Positions 54,145-64,000 of a DNA stretch of 64,000 bases are shown piece by piece. Below the pieces are notes generated by a model that was not told the origin of the DNA, did not search any database, and saw only the letters and a list, made by a program, of their open reading frames with translations. The stretch lies in NCBI RefSeq assembly GCF_963921235.1, contig NC_086097.1, forward strand, positions 20,958,001 through 21,022,000. Reading direction: 5' to 3'. The position numbers and the translations under genes are program-made. Numbering within the stretch: position 1 is the first letter of the stretch; each line of letters begins with the position of its first letter. This DNA is from Mobula hypostoma (taxonomy: Eukaryota).

Positions 54145-54760
54145 ATGAGGAACATACACAAAGTGTTGGAGGAACCCAGCAGGGTAAGCAACATCTAAGG
54201 GAAATAGTTAATGTCTTGAGGCAAAATGCTTCAGCAGGATTGGCAAGGACGTGGTCCAAAGCCAGAATAAGGTGGGGGGCGGGGGGGGGGAGGAGGAGAA
54301 GAGATAAAAATCTGGGATGAGATAAGTGGAAGAGGTAAAGGGCTGAAGGAATCTGATAGGAGAGGACAATGGACTGTGAGAGAAAGGAAAGAGGGAGGTT
54401 ATGGGCAGGTGGAGAGAACAAAAGCAAGAGGCAAGCTAGAATGGGGACGAGAAAGATAGAAGGGGAAGGGTGAAAAATTATGGAATGTTAAGAAAAGTAG
54501 ACGTTAATGCCATCAGGTTGGAGGCTACCCAAACAGAATATGAGATGCTGCTCCTCCAACCCGAGTGTGGCCTCATTGTAGCAGTAGATGATGCCATGAA
54601 TGGATCTGTCAGAATGGGAAGATGAATTGAAATGGGTGGTCACCAGGAAATCCTATCTTTTGTGGTAGATGGAGTTAAGTGCTAAATGAAGCAGTCTCCC
54701 AAATTAAGTGGGACATCACCAATACAGAGGCAACACTGAGGACAATGAATAGGATAGATG
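54145..54760 (-). mobile_element. Degenerate Penelope-like element 3' end
   Basis: Reverse complement encodes NEATLGLEEQHLIFCLGSLQPDGIN (~54500-54580). Purine-rich UTR. Confidence 0.8.
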
Positions 54761-55471
54761 CTTATATGATGTGAAATTTGTTTTGCAGTAGTTCAGAGAA
54801 AAGCATGACAAAAATAACAGTGCAACAAAAAGGAATAAAGAGGTAAAGAGGTTCTTGACTCTTCAGAAATCTGATAGGAGGGGAAGTAGCATGCTCTCAT
54901 TCTCAATTTCACTTTTGATACCTTCTACCTTCTACAGATGAAAGAGGAAACCACAGGCACTCACTACGCCAATTCTGGTACAGTACCCCAGCAATTTACA
55001 CCAGCTCTTTCTCTACCAAACTGACAATGACATTGACTCTGTAGGACTCAATTTCCTCATCTTCCACCCTGCCCTCAAATTCACTCAGACTTTTGTGGGA
55101 CCTCTGTCTCCATCCCAGGAGAAAGACATGCCATGACATCTTGCCTAAACCCACTAACTCCCAGATCTATCTCAGCTATATCTCCTCCCACCATCATTCT
55201 TGCTAACCTCCTCTGGACCTTAAATAAAACTTTAATAAAATAGATACTAGATAACAAAGGCAGCAGGTTAGGAGATAATTAGAATATCTATTTCGGATAA
55301 AAAAAAGGACATTGGATTAGTTATTTTAAAATGTTTTGATTTTAACCCATTTAAGAGAAAGCCTCTGTTAATATTTTTTGTCAATGAAAATGCATCAACA
55401 TGACCTGAAGTGGAGCTTGAACCTTTGTTAATAAAAGATTTACGCCTAAATACCATCTCAGCCGTCAGAGA

Positions 55472-55646
55472 AACAAAATGCTGGAGGAACTCAGCAGGCC
55501 AGGCAGCATCTATGAAAAAGTGTACAGTCAATGTCTCGGCCTGAAATGTCAACTGTATTCCTTTCCATAGTTGCTGCCTGGCCTGCTGAGTTCCTCCAGT
55601 ATTGTGTGTTACTTGGATATCCAGCATCTGCAGATTTTCTCTTGTT
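55472..55646. mobile_element. Older fold-back PLE terminal-repeat insertion
   Basis: Inverted arms tgctggaggaactcagcaggccaggcagca / tgctgcctggcctgctgagttcctccag. 14-bp imperfect TSD tcagc(cg/tt)tcagaga at 55458-55471 and 55647-55660. Confidence 0.8.
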
Positions 55647-56539
55647 TCAGCTTTCAGAGATGTGATCCTAAAGTACAGGCTGCCCACAACCATTTCAGGT
55701 TTTCCTTAGAGTTAGAGGTAAAAGAAAGTCAAGTAAAAACAAACGAGATAAAGGAAGGAGATGACACAATGTCCAGAAGTGACACTGATTTGAAGCAAAC
55801 CGCACCTTCAAGGGATGTTCCTTTTGCTTTGGTAAAGCAACAGTGATATGTTAATACTGTAAACTATTAATGCATCCATTATCAGAATCAGGTTTATTAT
55901 CACTGACATATGCTTATTGTCAGCAGTTCAGTGCAAGACAAAAGTTAAAATTTAAAAGAGTTTCAAAAGGAATTGCAGGGTAGTATTCGTGGACTTTTCA
56001 AAAATCTGATGTCCGAGGAGAATCTGTACCTAAATTGTTGAGGTCAGTCCTCAAGCTCCTATACCTCATCCACAAAGGTAGTGATGAGAAGAAGCCCCAT
56101 ATTCTGCACTGTATCCCAATAAATAAATGCCCCACAGTCATTGACAAGGCTGACATGGCACCAGCTTTCAAGGGATAAGGTAATTAACAAAATAGCACCT
56201 GACCATTAAAACTTCCACAATAGTGCTCGCCTTCAATCACCAACTTATTCTCTCAACACTATTAAAAATTAAAGCAATTGTTTCTGAAGCAGTAATAATA
56301 ACCACTGCATCATCCGGGACCAACTGAGTCCTTTCTCAGACTTTGAGTCGAAAACAGGAAACATGAATTCACTCCAGAGCCTTGCCGGGAAACCCCTTCC
56401 TCATTACTTGACTCTTGCAAGATTCAAAAGAAAGCCCATCTTCATTTATTCATTTCCAAGATAAATATCTTTCTTCGTAAAGCCCATGTATATAGATTTT
56501 TCACCTTTTACCCACAGTACTTTCAAAAACTTATTTACT

Positions 56540-56779
56540 GAGATACAACATGAAATAGGCCCTTGTGGACCTTCGAGTTGCGCCTTCCAGCAGCCCCCTA
56601 GCTTAAACACGGGGCAATTTACAATGACCAATTAACCCAACGACCAGTATGTCTTTGGAGGAAACCCACGTTGTAACAGGGAGAACATAACAACTCCTTA
56701 CTGGCAGCGGCGAGAACTGAACCTGGGTTGCTGATACTGTAAAGTGTGGTGCTAACAACTATGCTACGTGCCACCCCAT
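56540..56779 (-). mobile_element. V-SINE-type tRNA SINE
   Basis: Same motifs as 47395-47652 (caatttacaatgaccaattaac, ggaaacccacg). Confidence 0.7.
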
Positions 56780-57064
56780 GTCAAAACTTCTGTATTATGC
56801 AAACTACTGACATTTGTCACATTGTATACTACATATATTAAATCTCCTCCATCTTTAACTGACATGCATTGTCACACTAACATCTACAAGCACGAAAGTT
56901 AACTCCACAGTTATTACAGGAGCTAACTTATTTTGAAAACACAAACATCACCATCCCTGAAATGACTGTATTGAAACACATTTCTACACATTGATTTAAA
57001 TGAATTAAGGAAATATAGGGTCAGTGCAATAAAATTCTGAGTATAAAGATCATCCATAATCTCA

Positions 57065-57430
57065 GTGAATGGCTTGAGGACAGAGACTTTGGGCATGTTG
57101 CCAAAGACTTGCAAGTTTCTATAGATGTACCGTGGGGAACACTGAGTGGTTGCATCATGGTTTGGTATGGAGGCTCCAATGCACAGGATTGGAAAAAACT
57201 ACAGAGGATTGTAAAGTGAGCCAGCTCCATCTGGGACACAAGCCTCCCCACCGCAGACGACATCTTCAAAGGCAGTGCCTCAAGAAAGTGGCATCCATCA
57301 CTGGGGCCACTCACCATCCAGGACATGTCTTTTCTCATTACTTCCTTAGGGAGGAGGTACAAGAGCTTGAAGACCAACACTCAACATTTTAGGAACAGCT
57401 TCTTCCCCTCCACCACTGGGTTTCTATAAA
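57065..57430 (+). mobile_element. Rex1/Babar LINE 3' fragment
   Basis: ttctatagatgtaccgtgg...ggttgcatcatggtttggtatgg...aggaacagcttcttccc, matching the 3' end of 26648-28698. Confidence 0.7.
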
Positions 57431-58849
57431 TGGTTTGAGGCAATGTTCATATTTTGCTCTTTTTGCCCTGTACTTTTTACACATTTCTAATTGTAATTTA
57501 CATACAGTTTGAGGTTCTGTATGGTTTCTTCCTACATTCTCTGAGTGAACTGAATCATTATTAGTCACTCCTGGGTGGAACTTTACAATTACAAGCTCAA
57601 TGCAACAGAATTCAGAACAAGTTTAACAATTGATTGTCCCAAAGTCTGAATAGGAATATGCAGAGGGATATAAACCAAAAAAATAAATACTTCACACCTA
57701 AAGCAGGATGATTTGCATATTGCTGCTCATTCCTCCAACTGTCCACTTTTGTACCTCTACATAGCTTTAAACATCCAAATCTGTGTTAACTACAATGTAG
57801 AACAATACAGTACAGGAACAGTGCCTTCAGGCAACATCTGTGCAACCATGAAGCCAATCAAAACTAATCTCATCTACTTGTTCATGGTCTCGGCATGATC
57901 CTCCAACCTTCATGTGTTGTCCAAATAGTCGCTATGATATCTGCTTCCCTGTCAATGTGTTCCGGGCACCTACCACTCTATAGAAAAAAATCCTGAAATC
58001 TCCTTTAAACTCTCCACACACACACACACTCTAAAGAAATACTCTCTAGTTACTCTCTGGTACAGGTTAAGCATCCTTTATCCAAAATGCTTAGGATCGG
58101 AACTGTTTTGGGTTTTGGAATACTAGCATAAAGTAGTTTGGGGATGCGAGTCAAGTCTAAACAAGAAGTCTATTTACATTACATACACCCTGGAGGTAAT
58201 TTTATACAATATTTTAGTTATTGCTTCATGCAGAAAATTATATGTACATTGAAATATCAGAAAGATAAACTATCACCACCTCAGCCACCCAGGTGGACAG
58301 TCAGTGGCTGTTTGGCATTACCATCATTCCCACACTGAATTTATGTGCTACTGGTAAGTAGTCTTTGTCTTACACTTGTTCATCACACATGGATTTAACA
58401 GTAAAAATTACACAGTATTTTTCATTGTATTGCTGGTGTGGATATCTGAAACAGCTGTTGAACAACAAAAAAGAACAATGGCAGGCTTTCAGTCTTCACC
58501 TATGATGCGATGCTTTGATTAAAAGGTTGCAATACACTATGTTTGTATTTTTTTTCGTATAAAACAAAAGCTTGAATTTAATTACAAGTAAATGTAATGA
58601 AAACTGGAAAAGTCAACATTGGTCACAGTACATTCAAACATGGGATTTTAGGTGGAGATGAAATTTAGATTTCATGTTTAAATAGTGTTTGGTAATTACG
58701 TACTAAAAAACTTGATCTTCGCATGATAAATACATCAAACACTACAACTATATCAGGTCTGAGAAACTTGAAGGAAAGGGTACATCATTGTGAGGAGGAA
58801 CATCAGGTTTTCAACAGTGGCGACCTTGGCAAGCTTGGTAGATTTCTCT

Positions 58850-59341
58850 CATCGTCATCATCGGGTGCTGTGCCCAGTTTGAGCTCTGATTGCCGTGGCC
58901 CACACACTCCTGTTTTGGGTCAAGTGGATCAATTCATTAGTATTCATTTCCAGTTCTCTGGCTGCTGTCTCCATCATCATTTGTCTTTGTCTTCCTCTTG
59001 CTTTCTTCCCTTCAATCTTTCCCATAATTACCATGCATTCTAACTCCTCTTTCCTAATCACATGTCCAATGAAGTTACGTTGCCTTTTCATGATCTCATA
59101 CATTATTTCTCTTTTTGTGCTTGCTCTGTTCATGACATCCTTGTTAGATATTCGTTTCTTCCACAATATTCTTTGCATCCTCCTCAAAAACCACATCACT
59201 GCTGCTTCAATTCGTTTCCTCATGTTACTAGATATTGTCCAACATTCTGAGCCATACAACATAACTGGATAAATGCAACATTTCAGTACTCTGAGGTGGG
59301 TTGTCATGCCTAGTTTAGTATTGGTCAGTATACTCTTATAC
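58850..59341 (-). mobile_element. RTE-clade LINE 3' end
   Basis: ORF 58858-59307 (PVMLYGSECWT...WFLRRM...FIGHVIRK...GKIEGKKARGRQR). (GAT)n tail. 10-bp TSD agatttctct at 58840-58849 and 59342-59351. Confidence 0.9.
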
Positions 59342-59699
59342 AGATTTCTCTGCTACTTCATAATCAGCAGACACTATCACCAATCTTTAAAAAGATAACA
59401 CTATGCATTTTCTTAAATTTCAGGAAGCAGCCTGATAAATATTCACAATTACTTTCGATTTTCAGTTTGTCGTGATAGATGCTTGCTTGCTTCATGACCA
59501 GCATACTGTTGTGGCTTATGTTCACTCCAAAGCTGACAAATCCACTCTTTCAAAGCACATTCGAGACCTTCACTTTTCACTTCATGCAGTGTTTTGCTAT
59601 TTTGCATTAACTTCATTACTGTCAGCATAGAACTTTAAAAGTTTGCCCCTCTATTCCTTCAAGTCGTAGATGGCAGTCGCTCCCACACCACTAAATAAG

Positions 59700-59897
59700 G
59701 GAAAATCTGCAGATGCTGGAAATCCAGGAAACAGTTAAAATGCTGTTAGAACCTAGCAGGCCAGGCAGCATTTATGGAAAAGAGTAAAGAGTCAAAGACC
59801 TGATGAAGGGTCTCTGTCTGAATCGTCAACTGTTTACACTGTTTCCATAGATGCTGCCTAGCCTGTGAGTTCCTCCAGCATTCTGAATGCGTTGCTC
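59700..59897. mobile_element. Degenerate fold-back PLE terminal-repeat insertion
   Basis: Inverted arms meet at a damaged hammerhead motif cctgatgaagggtctctgtctgaatcgtcaactg. Confidence 0.7.
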
Positions 59898-60461
59898 CAT
59901 ACTGCTTTGTAACTGCTGCTGAAAACAAACTAGCGTCAAAAGGCCCCACTCAAGTTATGTGAGGAAATTTCAAAGAACTGTCTGGTGTGCAGAGATCTGC
60001 GCGTCACCTGGAAACCTTCCCAATGCTTTGTGGGATTTTCCATCTGTGGCAGCATGTCACTCAAAAAAGTTTGGGATTTCAGGTTTTTCAGATTAGGGGC
60101 GCTCAACCTGTACATGACATTGCTGCCATGGGGGTGGGTGGGGCAAGTTACCTTCCCTATTGAGGCTCCTCATACTTTTATATTCACACAGTTCTGTTAT
60201 CACATATCAGTTTCATCGCTAAGAAACCTTGCTCTCTATATATATTTTTTTAAAATCACAAACATTTGAGTCAATGGCGGGTAGGGGGAAGAAAGGGGCT
60301 TAAGGGCCAGAGTTTCAGATTTGCAATAGTTATTTTTCCACAGATTTTTAAAAAGGCATTTTAATAGCTGTATCTTACTAATGCAAACAAGTACTAAAAG
60401 CTATATATTACATTGTTTAATAAAATATCCTTAATCAATAGAAGCAATCACTGTCAGTCTC

Positions 60462-60868
60462 CCACCTCCCCCTCATACCCCATCCATTATTTATTTTTAT
60501 ACACACATTCTTTCTCTCACTCTCCTTTTTCTCCCTCTGACTATACCCCTTGCCCATCCTCTGGGTCCCCGCCCCCTGTCTTTCTCCCCGGGCCTCCTGT
60601 CCCATGATCCTCTCATATCCCCTTTGCCAATCACCTGTCTAGCTCTTGGCTCCATCCCTCCCCCTCCTGTCTTCTCCTATCATTTTGGATCTCCCCCTCC
60701 CACTTTCAAATCTCTTACTAACTCTTCAGTTAGTCCTGACGAAAGGTCTCGGCCTGAAACGTCGACTGTATCTCTTCCTAAAGATGCTGCCTGGCCTGCT
60801 GCATTCACCAACAACTTTGATGTGTGTTGCTTGAATTTCCAGCATCTGCAGAATTCCTGTTGTTTACT
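60462..60868 (+). mobile_element. Penelope-like terminal repeat, young subfamily (close to 39485-39874)
   Basis: 10-bp TSD tgtcagtctc at 60452-60461 and 60869-60878. Pyrimidine-rich UTR and hammerhead motif. Confidence 0.88.
60731..60768 (+). ncRNA. Minimal type-I hammerhead ribozyme motif (PLE-associated)
   Basis: UAGUC-CUGACGA-A-AGG-UCUCGG-CCU-GAAAC-GUC|GACUG, with predicted cleavage after 60763. Confidence 0.7.
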
Positions 60869-60975
60869 TGTCAGTCTCTAATGGTCACCCATGGTGAAAC
60901 TAGCAGCCTGTGGTCTTGAGGTAATGGTGTCTGATTACTGCAACAAGATTACCTGTAAACAGTGCACCTCCCCCG

Positions 60976-60976
<1 letters not shown>

Positions 60977-61008
<32 letters not shown>
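60977..61008. repeat. (AC)16 microsatellite
   Basis: Read directly from the sequence. Confidence 0.95.
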
Positions 61009-61010
<2 letters not shown>

Positions 61011-62665
61011 CACACCTCACACTTAGTTTTCTTTCCCCGCTTATTAGTTTCCAAAGATACTCAAATGAATCTCTAGTGCCCAGTGGAAATTCTGTTACGA
61101 CCAGTTCAGTTTAAGCAAAACAAGCAATTCAAAAGTTCTCTAATCCCAGATTTGGGAACAGCTTCTTTCCAACTGTGATAAGACTGCTGAACGGATCCTG
61201 ACCCAGATCTGGGCCGTAACCTCCAAATATCCGGACCTGCCTCAGTTTTTTTGCACTACCTTACTTTCCATTTTTCTATTTTCTATTTATGATTTATAAT
61301 TTAAATTTTTAATATTTACTATTGATTTGTAATCCAGGGAGCAGGAAGTGCAGAATCAAATATCGCTGTGATGATTGTACGTTCTAGTATCAATTGTTTG
61401 GCGACAATAAAGTATAAAGGAAAGTAATCCAATCTGTGTTGCGGAAACACCTATTAAAGCAGAACTGCCTATATTTCTACCAAGTCAGGCTTCAGTCTCT
61501 AACACTCTAGAGAAAACAATTTTTACCCAGCGTCTTATTTCTGATGCCCTCGAATCCAGGTAAAATCTTGGTGAGCATTTTTTGCACTTTCTCCATAGGC
61601 TACACATCCTTCCTATGATGCAGTGACCAGAAATGCACAAGATTGTCCAATTGTGGCTAACCAAAGATTTATACTACCACAACCTGATTTTATAGTCAAT
61701 GCCATGACCAATGAAGGGAAGTACTACTTATTTACCACTGTGTACACTTGCGTTGCCACTTTCAGGGCACGATAGACTTTCAACCCCAGAATGCCCTGTA
61801 CACCAACGATCAAGAAACCTGCAATTTTCTGCTTGCGTTCAACTCTCAAGAGCAACACCTCACCTGTCTGGATTTAGTTCCAGCTGTCATTTCAATGCCC
61901 AGCTGGTCTACACCCTCCCACAACTCCAGTGTTTGTGTTGTCTGCAAACTTATTATGCCTAACCTCCAGTATCGTGTGTTGCTCAAGATTTCCAGCAGCT
62001 GCATAATCTTGTGTCTGATTACACTTAATAAGCCCATGTTATTGAGAATCCCGACTCCACACACCAGGAGCACCAAAGCCCAGGTTAAAGGGCTCAAGAG
62101 GTGCACCACTTCACAAACCAACCAGGCCCACCTACACTTCTAGCTCAGTTACCTCAGGGCCCAGGAATCAAGAGTGGAAGTTAATAAACCTCTTGTTAGG
62201 CCGTCTCTTGGGATTGATAAGGGGTAAAAAAAAAATTGCAAACTATCAGACTAGTGGCTGGATGAAAAGCAAAGGCACAAAACAGAACAGAAGCAGGAAC
62301 AAGTGGATTCATTAAAACCTGATGGTAAATACAATTGCTTTCTCAACAGTAAAGAACGTAACATACCAGACATCAATGGACTAGAGGACTACAAAATGTC
62401 TATGGATGTTTTATTGACTTTCAAAGTCTTTTCCTCAAGACCAAGTTACAGGAAATAAACTGGGAAGGAAATTGAGGAGACAAAGGGCAACTGGGAAGCT
62501 TCTCAAACTGGCAGGAAGCAGAACCAGTAATATTCTGCAAACTCATACTGAAGCCTGACCAATGCCAGGTATCAAGATAAAAAGCTACATATCCAAGTTT
62601 GCTAATGACACCAAGATGTAAGCAATAGATTTGCCCCTCCCTTTTCTGAAGCAGGCCAACCCTCA

Positions 62666-63047
62666 CAACACACGAAATGCTGGAGGAACTCAACAGGCCA
62701 GGTGACATTTATACAAGAGTGGATTTTCTTGGGCCGAGACCCTTCATCAGGACTGGGAAAAAAAGATGTCAGAATAAGAAGGTTGGGGGTAGGGTGGGGA
62801 AGGGGTGAAGTAAGGAACTGGGAAGTTGATTGGTGAAAAGGATAAGGGCAGGAGAAAGGGGAATCTAATAGGAGAAGGTAGAAGGCCATGGAAGAAAGGA
62901 GAAGAGGAGTATCAGAGTGGGGTGATGGCCAAGTAAGGAGATAAAGAGAGGGAAAAAGGAATGGGGAATAGTGAAGGGAGGCAATTACTGTAAGTTTGAG
63001 AAATCAATGTTGCTTAGATTTCCAGCACCTGCAGATTTTCGTGTTTT
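62666..63047 (-). mobile_element. PLE terminal repeat with a short inverted end piece
   Basis: Purine-rich UTR. Inverted segment gcttagatttccagcacctgcagattttc. 14-bp imperfect TSD caggcc(a/g)accc(t/g)ca at 62652-62665 and 63048-63061. Confidence 0.78.
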
Positions 63048-64000
63048 CAGGCCGACCCGCAACTCAGTGCTGAGCTGTTTGCTGAAGAGGCCACTGTGGT
63101 GCTACTGTGTAAGTAGTTCTTACATTTAGATGCTGACAATAAAATAAGATCATCCTTACTTGCACATATAAATGGGGAAGTGATGCCATTCCCATGTTTG
63201 TTCAGTTTTTTCATTCTGGCGATGCAGTTCAATAAGTCTTAACAAGTTACCGCATGAATTTTATCAATGATACTAAAGGTCTGGAGCACCTGTGTTGCAA
63301 GGGCTGCCAATCAAACAGCTTGGCTGCTGCAAGACTGTGAATATTCCTGACGCTGCACTGATCTAAACGAATGGAGACGACCACATTTACTGGAGTTTGT
63401 TCTCCACCTGTACTGCTAGAGACAGTACACCTGACCTGTACGTACCTTTTATGGGCATGTAGCAGCAATGCCCACCTGCCACTGGGGGATTAAACCAAGA
63501 TCATCCTCTTTAGAACTCAGTTCAGAAATATTACGAGCTAAAATTAATAGACACGAGATTCTGTAGATGCTGGAAACCTTGCGCAACACACACACACAAA
63601 GTGCTGAAGGAACTGAGAAAGTCAGACAGCATCCATGGAGAGGAATAAACAGTTGATGTATCCAGATCCACAAACTCAGGATCAATATATACGTAATGAT
63701 AGAGTACAGAAAACACCAATGAACTAACAGAAAGGAATGCAGTGAAAAAAGACACTCTGAATACTCCCATGGACATGCTTGTACCCCTTGTGTACACAGG
63801 TGTGATGTGCAGAACTTGTTGCCAGCCAATACATTCAACCTGTCCTTGGACTCTGTGGAAGTCTCACAGAAAATTAGTGAAATACCAACTACAACAATGA
63901 ATTTGATAGATATTTTGGGAGAAACAGAATGTTAGTGTAGATAATTTTATGGAAATAATTCATTATAGGATAATATTACTAGTTTAAAAAAAATCTATTA

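Larger units (their letters stand above)
58063..60110. mobile_element. Tigger/pogo-family DNA transposon remnant (Tigger4/MER46-like ends) carrying nested RTE and PLE insertions
   Basis: Ends caggttaagcatcctttatccaaaatgc and gattaggggcgctcaacctg. TA at 58061-58062 and 60111-60112. Confidence 0.75.

Noticed and set aside
63047..63232. 61-aa minus-strand ORF as a possible SPTLC2 exon 1
   Set aside because: No recognisable similarity, no CpG island and no convincing in-phase donor. Exon 1 probably lies beyond 64000.

Overview
Eukaryotic (vertebrate) genomic DNA. The repeat content (CR1, Rex1/Babar, Penelope-like elements, V-SINEs) suggests a cartilaginous fish, probably a ray; this is inference. 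The window lies inside a minus-strand serine palmitoyltransferase long-chain base subunit 2 gene (SPTLC2). Five coding exons (orthologous to exons 2-6; 195, 155, 149, 125 and 94 nt) have GT-AG boundaries and splice in frame. Exon 1 was not found and exons 7 onward lie outside the window. The introns are dense with nested transposable elements: a Tc1 with two nested retro-insertions, several CR1 LINEs, Rex1/Babar, RTE, L1, Penelope-like elements (PLEs), tRNA-SINEs, a Harbinger-type MITE and a Tigger-like element. The most notable non-coding signals are two classes of predicted self-cleaving ribozyme. The first is an HDV-like nested double pseudoknot whose predicted cleavage site coincides with the 5' end of a 562-bp non-coding RTE-related element (53432-53993), with an unusual hairpin inserted in L3. 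The second is a set of minimal type-I hammerhead motifs in PLE terminal repeats (intact at 39775-39812 and 60731-60768), with fold-back insertions whose breakpoints cluster inside the hammerhead motif. All ribozyme calls come from manual base-pairing and need folding, covariance and cleavage tests. TE family names come from recalled motifs, not database searches.
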